DNA from: Sphaeroforma arctica JP610
Taxonomy: Eukaryota
DNA length: 39,305 bases
Direction of reading: 5' to 3'
Assembly (NCBI RefSeq): GCF_001186125.1
Contig: NW_014040217.1
Span: forward strand, 41,967-81,271
The translations under genes and the position numbers were made by a program. Below, piece after piece: positions 17,249 to 29,740 of the stretch (position 1 is the first letter of the stretch; each line of letters opens with the position of its first letter). The notes below the pieces were generated by a model. The model was not told the DNA's origin. It saw nothing but the letters and a program-made list of their open reading frames with translations, and made no database searches.

Positions 17249-18428
17249 ACTGCTCTTACTATAGTTTAAATATATACAAAACACAAAACCCGTTTGTGTT
17301 GTATCTGATACTGCCTCAATCAGTCTCTGAATAATATACGTATGCGAAATGGTACGCTCGTCAGCTCATCCTTTCAGGAACTCTCACGGAGCAGAACACG
17401 GGGCACAGTGCCCACACGGGCTATTTGATGTGTAACCTCTTGATTTTACGATCCAAAATACAACCACCCAGAATCCTAGACCCCGGAAGGAGGTCGGTCC
17501 TACATATGGGACAAATCATCAGGAACTTGACAGAGACTGCAAGAATTTAGGGCATCTTTTTAAGGCAGAAGAGTGAACATATGCACCTCAATTTTTCTTG
17601 TTTGAAATTTCAGTGAGTATGAAGTATACGACTCTAAAAAAAATAACACCCTGTTGTGATTCTGTTTTGATTTTCTCACATACACAAGCACCAGACTCAC
17701 TGCTCACTTCAGTCCTTTTACTCCTCACACCTCGGTGACCTGAGTCCTGAGAACTGACCCGGCCCATTAGGGCGTAAGTCCGTAATCCGACTTATGAGCT
17801 AATTCTCTTGTGGCGATTTTACTTATTGCTTTTCTTAAAATAAAAACAATACAAAAATATTCAAAAACAAAGGAAGTATATGATTATTACCCCAGGGCCC
17901 CAGGGGCCCAGAGTCAGACCGGGGGGGTGCCGGGGTGGGCGACTGCCCGACTGGGCGGTGGGGCCCCGTGGCGGAAATGAAAAAACGACTGTACATTTTG
18001 TCATTGAGAATTGTTTTATTCTAACTCATATACGCCAATCAGACGTTCGATTGCATGTTTCTATTTATTCGGTAGGTATCATGAGGTCGTACACAAAGAG
18101 CATTCCAAAAATAAACTTTGGAAATTTTCTGTTTTCAAATTGCAGTATTTTTGCAATAAAATATAAGAATTTGCGTAAAAATTTAGTCAGTGTACCGAAC
18201 ATATCCCTGTCAGTACTGTGAAGCCACGCGTTGACTTCGTGTCACTGACACCTGTGGTTGTCATGTATTTGACAATTCAATAATGTATCGCTACGTGAAA
18301 TAAGCGCTTATCATCTCAAAAACTGGCACGAATTCATCTGTATACGTGCGTAAACACATACACACTTACACACATATTCCCCAAGCACACACGTATACAC
18401 ATATTCCTCATCCTTCTATATACTCACA
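17249..18428. promoter_or_regulatory. Divergent (likely bidirectional) promoter region between DBP2 and CCT4
   Basis: Start codons at 17248 (-) and 18429 (+) face away from each other across 1180 bp; TSSs not visible. Confidence 0.6.
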
Positions 18429-19066
18429 ATGGCGTACGAAACACAATCCAAGGCGTTTGTCGACAAGGACAAGCCCCGTGAGGTGCGGGAGACCAATATA
18501 ACAGCTGGCAAAGCAGTAGCAGATGCTGTACGCACTTCACTTGGGCCCAGGGGTATGGACAAGATGATCACGGATGCCGCTGGCGAAGTGACCATTACTA
18601 ATGATGGAGCCACCATTCTAAACCAGATGCAAGTGTTGCATCCAGCAGCTAAGATGTTAGTAGAGGTTTCCAAAGCACAGGATATTGAAGCTGGTGATGG
18701 AACTACTAGTGTAGTTGTGCTGAGTGGCGCTCTATTGACGGCAGCCCAGAGATTACTGGCAAAAGGTACGTTATTTATTTATTTGGATTGTTGATAATTG
18801 TTGTTTATGATCGTATATGTACAATCGACTCCATGCGACGGTGGAGTAGTATATATTAGTAAAGTTATTTCAGGTACGGGTACCAAAGTGTGATAACATA
18901 GTATCTCAAATATATATATAGCATTTTTTTATTGTTCTCGTCTACAACTGTACAGCGAAGGGAACTTTTGTGTATACGCTACACTAGTACATCCCAATTA
19001 TATATTTTATATTTTTGATATATAGAGGGTCATGAATGTTAGGCTGTTGTACATGCAGCAGAGATG

Positions 19067-19106
<40 letters not shown>

Positions 19107-22100
19107 CGTTGAGTATCTCGGACAATCTTTCGGGTGTTTATTGCACAATCCAACTGCAATCCATCACAAAGTGGGTAGTTATATTTTAACTATAAGTTGT
19201 AATAGAACTATGTATTCTCGACCAGAGAACCACTTGTGATCATAAAAGTATGTCGGGATGCAGTCGACTATATGTATATGTATATATATATCTATATGGA
19301 TATATAATGATACATAGTATAAAGTGACGCTCGCAAATTGCACCAGCCGCTATAAAAATAAATACCTTACTATAAGATATATATATATGTGAGTGTTTCT
19401 GTGTTTGTGTGTTTTGTATATATTTACGTGTGTGTGTGTCTGTGTGTATTGTATATATTTACGTGTGTGTGTGTCTGTATGTTTGTATGTTTATTAAACT
19501 CTTATATATATATGATATATAGTCTTACGTGACGCCCGCAAATTGCACCAGCCGCTATAAATGTAGGCTATTCTGTTTGAGAGATATATTTATAGTATAA
19601 AATATATGTGTGCATGTATGAATGCTTGTATGTTTATTAAATTTATATATATACGATACATAGTATATAGTAACGCCAGCAAATTGCTCCAGCCGCTAGA
19701 AATATAGGCTACGCTGTGTGAGTGAGTGTTAATGATACGAACCGAGAAAAATATCAATTGCGACATTGAACACCCCAGTTGTAAGCAAACAAGAACTAGG
19801 GCCTCTCAATCAATGGTGAACATGTGTGCGTGGATACTAATATCTGTGTCGGCGGTAACAATATTTTGTAGATCGCACTGATAAATGAACATACATACAT
19901 GCTTGGGGAGTGGTCTTTTCATGTTAGACACCATATACTACCTATCGGCATCGATATGGTATGAAAGATTTAGTGTATGTATTTATGGTATAGATATATA
20001 TATATGCATGTATGTATGAATGTATGTATGAATGTATATCTAAATGGATATATAATATGATACATAGTATAAAGTGACGCCCGCAAATTGCACCAGCCGC
20101 TATAAAAATAAATACCTTGCTGTATGATATATATATGTGTATGCATGTATGTATATATATATGTGTGTGTGTGTCTCTGTGTGTATTGTATATATTTACG
20201 TGTGTGTGTGCATGTGTGTGTGTGTTTCTTAAACTCTTATATATATATATATATGATACATAGTCTTACGTGACGCCCGAAAATTGCACCAGCCGCTATA
20301 AATGTAGGCTACTCTGTTTGAGAGATATATTTATAGTATAAAACATATGATACATAGTTTATAGTAACGCCCGCAAATTGCTCCAGTCGCTATATATATA
20401 GGCTACGCTGTGTGAGTGAGTGTTAATGATAACGAACCGAGAAAAATATCAATTGCGACATTGGACACCCCAGTTGTAAGCAAACAAGAACTAGGGCCTC
20501 TCAATCAATGGTGAACATGTGTGCGTGGATACTAATATCTGTGTCGGCGGTAACAACATTTTGTAGATCGCACTGATAAATGAATACATGCTTGGGGAGT
20601 GGTCTTTTCATGTTAGACACCATATACTACCTATCTGCATCGATATGGTATGAAAGATTTAGTGTATGTATTTATGGTATACATATATGCATGTATGTAT
20701 GAATGTATGTAGGTATATATATCTAAATGTATATATAATATGATACATAGTATAAAGTGACGCCCGCAAATTGCACCAGCCGCTATAAAAATAAATACCT
20801 TTCTGTATGATATATGTGTGTGTGTGTCTCTGTGTGTATTGTATATATTTACGTGTGTGTGTGCATGTATGTTTGTATGTTTCTTAAACTCTTATATATA
20901 TATATACGATACATAGTCTTACGTGACGCCCGCAAATTGCACCAGCCGCTATAAATGTAGGCTACTCTGTTTGAGCGATATATTTGTAGTATAAAATATA
21001 TGTGTGCATGTATGAATGCTTGTATGTTTATTAAATTTATATATATATGATACATAGTATATTGTAACGCCCGCAAATTGCTCCAGTCGCTATATATATA
21101 GGCTACGCTGTGTGAGTGAGTGTTAATGATAACGAACCGAGAAAAATATCAATTGCGACATTGGACACTCCAGTTGTAGGCAAACAAGAACTAGGGCCTC
21201 TCAATCAATGGTGAACATGTGTGCGTGGATACTAATATCTGTGTCGACGGTAACAATATTTTGTAGATCGCACTGATAAATGAACATACATACATGCTTG
21301 GGGAGTGGTATTTTCATGTTAGACACCATATACTACCTATCGGCATCGATATGGTATGAAAGATTTAGCATCTGTGGGTCGCATATTGATGTTTGCCGCG
21401 TTCGTATATGTATAGACCTGAGTATCAGTATCCTGTATATCTTTTGGTATGCGCGTGAGCGTGGATGTATCATCGCCCCCTTGTACACGTTTTCTGTTGA
21501 TCTGATCTCGAATATTTTCTCAAAGCGACAGATCAATTCAATCTGGATTCCGAAATCTATTTATATTAACTGTAGTAGGTCATGCGTACTTCTCTTTGAT
21601 GTGTGCCTCGTAGACGATGCGCTATTAACTAATCACCTTGTGTATTGCTGAGTGCTTCCTGTGACACAGCTTGCAGTCGATTGTGTGGCGTGTTCGCTGT
21701 AGTGATTTTATCCATCTGATATTCCATTTGAATATGCTATTGTGATCTATTTCATTGATTTTTTTGCATTGTGATTTGATTCATATGCTATTTTGGTGTG
21801 ATTCGTATGTTATTATGGTTTAAATTTTCTGCTATTTTTTTTTATACATTTGCTATTGTGTTTGTATTCATGTGCTATAATCATTTGATCCATATTCTAT
21901 TATGTTTTGATACATATGCTATTGTGTTTGATTCTTATGCTATTTTTTATCTGTGTATCCTTACGCTATTATCCTTAAATCTTTATGCTATTGTCATTTT
22001 GTATGCATATACACTGGAAGGATGAACGCGGCAGGATAAGTTCTTATAGGCCCATCGCTGTGTTGTCGAATCTGTATGTTCCGCTCATTCACAGCAGGCC

Positions 22101-25100
22101 GCGTTATAAGTGACATCGTTAAGTGATAGCAACTCTGACCAGAAAGCTTTTTATGTCTCTGTCCCTTCAGGAATCCATCCCACTGTGATTTCGACCTCTT
22201 TCCAGATGGCTTTGGCGAAGTCCAAGGAGATACTTAAAAACATGTCTACTCCTGTATCTCTTGATGATCGTGAAGCATTGTTACAGAGTGCCAACACCTC
22301 TCTGAACTCAAAGGTAAGACTCGCCGACAAGCTGACTTAGCACACATTTCAGCATGCTGTCTGTATCAAATTTCTGATCCTGAATGTTGTTTATAGGGAT
22401 TAATCCTTGCCATGTTTACCCTTGCTATCATCTATACATAGAAAGCCTTAGTTCAGAGTTCTAAAGCGTACTCTGTAAACAATCTTAGGAATTTGTGTTC
22501 AGCCTTTTTCCTGACCGGTAAAAGCCTAAGCCGCCTGTGTACCCTTTACGAATAGCAGAATCAGAAGGGAGGGTGACAATATCAAGCTGCTCGTTGATAT
22601 GTAGTTAAAAAAACAATCATATCCCTTTGTTTGCGGGGAGAAGAATAGCGTGATAACTCTCCATTCCTGTGCCTCGTTGTCTATAAGCGTGGTCTCAACA
22701 TCATCTGGAACTTATTTCGTCTATCTCAAGCAGGTGGTAGCGCAGTATAGCGATCTTCTAGGTCCAATCGCCGTTGATGCCGTACTCAAGTGTCGTCGCG
22801 GAAATAATGTCGATCTCAACGATGTTCGCATTATTAAAAAGATCGGCGGTACCGTGGAGGACACTGAAATCATCACTGACGGCCTCCTCATCCAGCAATC
22901 AGCCTCACATAAGGGCCCGACTGTAATGAAGAACGCAAAGGTGGCGCTCATTCAGTTCTGTCTGTCAGCACCCAAGACGGATATTGACAATCAGATTCTT
23001 GTGAGTGATTACACAGCCATGGACAGAGTATTTAGGGAAGAGAGGCAATATATTCTAAATCTATGTAAGGCGGTCAAAAAGAGCGGAGCGAATGTAGTAT
23101 TGGTACAGAAGAGTATTCTCAGAGATAATGTGAACGATATTTCGCTCCACTTCTTAGCCAAATTGGGTATTATGTGCATCCCACACGTAGAGAGAGATGA
23201 GGTCGAGTTCGTATCAAAGGTGAGTCAATACAATAGATGATCTTCATTTATATGGTATCATGATAGTTCTGATAGGTAAGAATTGGTCGATGAATGTGGA
23301 AAGAGTGTTGGGTTCGTTTTATATATTTTACAATACATGAGCGAGGTCATCTGTTCGACCGATATGTATTGCTAGTGTGATCGTTTCTCTTTCACGTTGT
23401 GTAGATGCTTGTGATTAACTAGAGTATCTCTGTATGCATATTGTGCACCCTTGGATATGGATCTGTCCGTCGCTAGGTCACGATCCGTGTGTATATGTCT
23501 CATTTTGGATAAGACCACGACTGCTTAATGGTCTCTACGCTGGACTAGAAACTAGCTGTGATTGTTGTATGGTCTCAGAGCACGATTGTTCTCACTCTGT
23601 TTTGATTACTTCGTATTATTTTAGATGTAGTTTAGCTGAATATCGTGTAGTGCAAGATGCACTGTATTCTTACTCAAATATCAAGTTCTTTGCCCGACAA
23701 CGGCTATGTGGATATGGTTTCTTGATCATTTGACCGATTTCTCCGGTCAATTACAGACGCTTGGCTGCCGTCCAGTAGCCAACCCTGAAGACTTCACAGA
23801 AGACAAACTAGGTGCGGCTGATCTCATTGAGGAGGTGAAGGTCGGTTCATCTCACATCGTGCGAGCGACAGGTGTTAAGAACCCAGGAGCAACTGTGTCC
23901 ATCTTATGCCGAGGATCAAATAAATTGGTCATGGAGGAGTGTGAGCGATCCATTCACGATGCCCTGTGCGTCATTCGATGCTTGGTCAAAGTCCCGTAAG
24001 TTGCACAGAGTGTAATCGATCGGCTTTGTGTGGTGGAGTGATGCGCGTGTTATTGTTGTTTTTTTGCTTTCAGCGTTAGATTCTGAGGAGGTATTTTTGT
24101 CCTGCTTTTGTGTACCAGTCTTATAAACACAACTGATACTGTGGGAAAACTGTTTCCTGTGTATTTAGTCAGTCAAATTTAGGACTTATGGGTAGAATGT
24201 AGACACGAGGAGAATCAAATCGGCTGCAGTGGCCTGAGCGGTCATTTGGATAGTTGTGGCATACATATCACGGATTTCATAAACTTTACTGATTCAATCC
24301 CCGAACCTTGTGTTTTTCTGCCAATATCATGCTCAGGTTCCTTATATCCGGAGGCGGTGCTCCTGAGACGCAGCTATCCGTAGAATTAGCTAAGTACTCC
24401 CACAGCCTGTCTGGTATAGAATCATATTGCGTTCGCTTGTATGCTGAAGCTCTGGAAGTCATCCCTCTCACACTCGCTGAAAATGCTGGATTAAATCCTA
24501 TTTCGGTTGTGACTGAGCTCAGAACGAAGCACGCAGCCGGTGAAAAGGATGCGGGTATCAATGTGAAGAAAGGAACGATATGTAATATTAGAGACGAGAA
24601 CGTTGTGCAGCCACTTTTAGTTACACAAAGTGCCTTATCCTTAGCCACGGAAACCGTCAGCAGTATTTTGAAGATCGATGATGTGGTAAGTGTGTGTAGT
24701 GGTATCACGAACATGGTTTCACAATGCTTCTAACGATGTGCCCCTATCGTTGATATGCGTTGGTGAGTGTCAAACCTTGCTTGAAATATCGATCGGGTTT
24801 GTTTACTAGATGCGCTACTGTAATGAAGTGTGACTTTTGGCGACTGACTGTGATGTGTTTATTTAATTCTATCTGTTGTCAGTTCTCATGTCTTTACTGA
24901 CTTTTTGCCAAGCTACCATGAACGAGTATCATGCATCTATGAACAAGACGTCCGTCAATACATTTATTAACCCATTTCGATAATATTCATTCTTGCTATT
25001 CGAATATGACGATAGAATCCGTCTGGTTCTTAATATACAGTTATCCCGCATGCTCACAATGTACTCGGTCCTACTTATGTCTATTGCTTCAGCTCTTCAC

Positions 25101-25107
25101 GAGATAG
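18429..25107 (+). CDS. CCT4: T-complex protein 1 subunit delta; exons 18429-18765, 22171-22313, 22734-23219, 23757-23995, 24337-24685, 25093-25107
   Basis: [100 protein letters not shown]; splice phases consistent. Last exon inferred. Confidence 0.95.
19270..21368. repeat. Higher-order tandem array in CCT4 intron 1: three ~680-750 bp units, each with three copies of a 31-bp core plus a ~270-bp unique block
   Basis: Core gt(g/a)acgcccgcaaattgc(a/t)ccag(c/t)cgctata at 19324, 19529, 19670, 20074, 20270, 20364, 20757, 20923, 21064, separated by AT/GT microsatellites. Confidence 0.95.
21730..22010. repeat. Degenerate ~21-bp minisatellite (atatgctattgtgtttgattc) in CCT4 intron 1
   Basis: Recurrent tgctatt cores at roughly 20-40 bp spacing. 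Confidence 0.7.
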
Positions 25108-27717
25108 AGCAACTTCTTTGCGTCGATGTAGTGAACATAAGAAGTTGGTGGCTTCCCTTTGTCACGGTTGAGAAGCAATGGAAACCTCCTCGTGAATTCG
25201 GTGTTGCTGATAATTTCTGGAAACTGTTCTGCGAACTAGTCGTCATCTTTGCTCAAGAATCAATACATTTAGCATTAAAATCTATATAACAAATATTTTT
25301 CTTGCTGGAAGAAGATTGGGTTTTTGTCGTATTGTATCAGCGTCCTAAATCTAAATTTCGGTTGGTCATGTATTAATACATGGTTTCTGTGGAACCCCTA
25401 GATGGTCTCATGTTTTAGCAGCAGCATGGAATTAATACATCGACATGCCTATCGGATAATACTCGACATAAATTTTCTCTACACCGTTATACATACTTCT
25501 ATATATAAACAAATTCATAAGGTCTAGGTTTTCTAAAAAGAAATTGTAGGCATGTACCTACGTTCGATCTCCATAAGATAAAAGTAGCATTTTGATGCAA
25601 GAATACTCACGATATGCTTTGTGGCTGTCCTTTTGAACCCTGGTTATCTGGGATTGATGTGTTTGAAAGTTGGACTGACAGTAGTCATGGGATTGGTTGT
25701 TGACACGGTCCTTTAACGTTACTTTCTGGCATATGACTATATCCATGTGCTGCTATAATTCCTTCAATCAAATACAACGTAGTAATATTACTGTGCTATT
25801 ATCCCGAATCAGCATTTCCAGCCATATAGATCTTTATATAGTGCCCCATCCCCTGACACCGTGCCTAGTGGTATCTTGGTAGAGTTTCCTGATTCGATTA
25901 CTTACATTGAAATTGGTCTGACCATTAGTTGTATTCCTACGATTCCGTGTGGTTGGACACGTCATAACGCTGATGACGTTGTATCTGCTACTATCGCTAT
26001 GCCTGCTGCTACCGCTCTATGATTTATTTTCAGTTTGTGTATTTAATTTATGATGCAATAGCTGCCCTCTTCTTGAAAGAGACTAAAATGATGCTTTTTG
26101 AAACGCCATGAGACGTATACGGCAAGTCTGCTAAGCATGTATGTGATAAAACACACATGATTACCTGCAATTCTGGTTAACATATATATTGCTGAGGAGG
26201 GCGACCTGTTGAATCTTGAAGCGATTGTGCAGCACAACATTCCAAAGAGAAGATAAGTAGGCCGATGACTAGATTTTCATGGATGTAGGTTTGGCCGAGG
26301 TCCCGCCCTTTCATTATATTATGACCAAAATCTGGTATTTGTAATTTTGGACTGTGAGATGATACTAAAAGTTGAATTTAAGGTTTGAAACTGGTCTATT
26401 CTTTTTGCTCAAATAACGCACTCGGTCGGATAAACGATTGTCATTGTTCTGTTGTTCATATGAATTTGTCTGAAAGTCACTGTTAGCATGCAAGTGCACT
26501 TTTTGCTTGCCTAATGAACGGCTACGACTGTGATTCAAAGGAATTGACTAGAGAAGGCACCAGCTGTCATACAAAAGTATGTGGGAGATTGTAAGGTATG
26601 ACAGTATCGGAAATGATACGATCGTAGGAAAGTGAGATACAAGTGGACTCTATTGGCCCAACATTTGACTCTAATAGGGAAAACATATATGCTTTAGTAT
26701 GACTCAGAGCAATGATGACACATCAGAAGATACAGTGACAAGCACGTTGATTCCGTTCATTAGAACCTATTTCTAGCTGAGAGACTTAATTGAGAAGAAA
26801 GCTATTGTTAATTATGTAGCGCATTCTCGTTTTTTTCCTCAGCTACTCCATACTCTCTATAGACCTCTTCTCAATTCTCAGATAGAAAAAAGTCCTGGTC
26901 CAAGAGAAGCGCACATAGTCTTTATATGTGACTCCTATTTTGTAATTCCCTACACTCGCAAGATTTTCACTTTTAAATGTTATTCTCATGACGCCGGCAG
27001 GTACCACTCTATTATCAGGAATATATACTGAGCCTGGACCAGAAACTCGGGATTTGGGAAACCTTCGCTTTAGGTTCCGATTTTGGCTTTCTGTTTCTGG
27101 GTTTTCCAGTTCCAAGGTGCTACAAGATGGTAATATAGAGATGGATTCGAATATATATCACGGTGTGCTACGTAGGGTTGGTAGGCAGTCGTAACGTAGG
27201 TATGAAAGGGACCTACCAGGACCAAATATACCTATGTATACTTTGAGGTTGATAAGATGAATTAGGGTCGAGACGATAAAGAGTACACATTGTCTACAAT
27301 TAGACATCGAAGAAGGACCCGAGTGTTTTATCAAACTTTTCCTAACAGATACAAATTAGCTTCTACTCTAGACCCAAAAATAGAGGTGGTCATACGGTGC
27401 TGCTTGTGATTGTGGCACCCTTACCGATTCCCTAGCCAGGCTCTTTGAAATAGTTATTATATCAATAATGTCAAGAAGCTACTAGAAAACTAACTAAAAC
27501 CCAGTAACAACTTATTTTATCGTGTGGTGAATATGTGATAAAGCTACATCTTGAGATGAAACTGTCGTTGATTAAAAAGGCATCAGGAGACTACAGTAAC
27601 GTATACCTAGATCTCCGCACCTTCGCTAGTATAAGGTGCTTATATAGTAAGAAGTGCAGTTTTAATGGGGTCTCAAACTACAACAAGGGCTGCTTAATTG
27701 CTTGCAGTCCAGACTTA

Positions 27718-27843
27718 CGCCTCGAAATATTGTATATGTTGTTGGATATCAGGCCAATCATGTCCATCTGCTTGCAACCTGTGTACCGTTTCCTCAGGAG
27801 TATATTGTCCCAAGTTGTGGTATTGCTCGATGATGCTGACACG
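27718..27843 (-). pseudogene. Integrase N-terminal zinc-binding (H2C2) domain, truncated
   Basis: RVSIIEQYHNLGQYTPEETVHRLQADGHDWPDIQQHIQYF fits R..I...H..GH....T..RL....WP.M...I..F; stop before CxxC. Confidence 0.7.
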
Positions 27844-27954
27844 TGTCTCGTATTCTGTTACCTGTGTTGCATCTCCAGAGTGAACTGTTTCTGATGCTAC
27901 AACGTGTATGGCAGGTTGTTCCCGCATTGAGTCAAAGTATGAAGACTTAACTCT

Positions 27955-28347
27955 TATCTTTGCGACTAATGTGACACCCCATGGGGTCTTGCTACAAGCT
28001 TTCTTGCCTTCTTTGAGGAAAGTGCTGTTTGTGTTTTCCACTAGCATCGGATCTCCTTCTAGTAAAGACAAGAACTTTGGAAACCACGTTGCGTTGGGGT
28101 GGTGTAGTACACATATCGTGATGCTGGTTGCCTCTTCAATAACTTTGTCAAAGACATCAGGTATGAGTTCCCATGGTGGGTCCGCCCATGCATTCACCTC
28201 CTGCGCCCACTTTTGTTGTAGCGCATTCAGTTCTTTTGTGTATTGTTTATCTGTGTGTGCATTGTGTGCCGATGCAAACAGATCCACAGTGAATTTTCCA
28301 AACCGTCGTTCAGCTACTTGGTAGAATCTGGGATGTAACATCCAGTC
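27955..28347 (-). pseudogene. Dam-like N6-adenine DNA methyltransferase domain (DIRS-type) within the Gypsy pol
   Basis: DWMLHPRFY...FGKFTVDLFASAHN (SAM-binding) ... NALQQKW...AWADPPW (catalytic-type motif, 28182-28171) ... HPNATWFPKFLSLL...P; matches the pattern of the DIRS methyltransferase domain. Confidence 0.82.
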
Positions 28348-28929
28348 TATGGCTGATATGGTTATGGGCATATTTGTTTCCAAGGTCTTGGCTACTATGT
28401 GTTGTTTCATTCGCTTCTTGTAATACCTTCGAAGTTTTAGTATTAAAAGTGTCTTCATGTAAACGCGAAAACATGTCTGCCATCTGGTTGTCCTTGCCTG
28501 GGACGTGTATGATGGAAAAGTGGTGGTGGAATGTTTTTGCTATCCATTTGGCTAGCATTGTGTGTAACGTCTGTTGACTGTTTATTTTCGTGAGCGCTTT
28601 GTGATCTGTCCACGGTGTTATGTCCCCTCCTTTGATGTAATCAGCGAAATGTTCCACTGTATACCAGTGCTAGTAGCTCTTTACTATTTGTGCCATAGCG
28701 TTGTTGTGCCGGATTCAAGCCTTTCGAGAAATAGAGGATGTCTCTTCTAACCCCATCGATGACTTGAAATAAACATTTTCCTATGCCATAGTCACTAGCA
28801 TTATTCAAAAAAAAAACGGTACCCCATCCACAGGATATGTTAGTGTCGCTGAACAGGCGATGGCTTCTTTGAGTTCTTCCCACTTCTTTTGAGTTCCGGA
28901 GTCCACAACATGAATATGTTCTGGTTCAT

Positions 28930-29740
28930 TTTTCCTTTCATTAAGTTCCGGAAGTATTTCGTTGTGTGGGCAAAGTTGGGGACATGGTCGCGCATGTGAT
29001 TTGCTAGCCCCACCGCTTTGTGCAGATCTTATTTTGTTCTGGGTAGTGGCCAGTCCATCATCCTTCTCTGTTTTTCAGGATCTGCTTTGAGTCCCTGTGT
29101 GGTGACTTTTACACCTAGAATGTTGACCATTTTGACCACGAAGGCACACTTGTTGAAATTAAGTCAGAAGTCTGCTTCATTCAGTCGCTCTAAAACCCTA
29201 TAACTGTCTTGCGGTGTTTTTCTTCTGTAAGACTCGCAATGACTATATCATCTACATACACTTGCACTCCTTTGATGTCTATGAGCAAGTTTACCATGAC
29301 TCTCTGGAACTGTGCTGTGAGTGAGTGTAGTCCAAACGGCGCTGACTTGAATAAGTATTGCGCTCCTCTACACGAGAAGGTGAAGAAGTGTTGGCTTGCT
29401 TCGTCTACTAGGAAATGGTGAAACCCTCCTGTGAGATTTAACTTTGAAAAGAACTGTGCTCCTTGTAGGTTGTGTAGTACTTCTTTTATTTTCGGTAACA
29501 CAACTTATCTTGTTCATATTGATAATCGATCTCGCGTAAGTCTAGACATGTTCTTACTTTCTTGGGGTGACCTGTTTGGTCATGTTCACCTGTTGATAAC
29601 AACGGTGAATTCGCTGTTGTTGGTGTAGCTCGTTTGTATATGTGACCATATGTAAGCCACCTCTGACCTCTGTACATTCTCATCCGTTTGTGGAATATCT
29701 TGTGAGGTACGAAATTGGCATTCGCGTGCCTCATTTGTCT
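28930..29740 (-). pseudogene. Gypsy reverse transcriptase domain (frameshifted)
   Basis: LPKIKEVLHNLQGAQFFSKLNLTGGFHH...APFGL...FQRVM...VYVDDIVIAS, then LNFNKCAF...ILG...DPEK...WPLPRT. Confidence 0.92.

Noticed and set aside
19324..21095. CRISPR array (31-bp semi-palindromic repeats)
   Set aside because: Spacers are 60-380 bp, microsatellite-rich and themselves repeated; located in a spliceosomal intron; no cas genes.
22314..24336. H/ACA or C/D snoRNAs in CCT4 introns 2-4
   Set aside because: Some stems and ACA/CTGA motifs exist, but I could not build a convincing complete architecture by eye.
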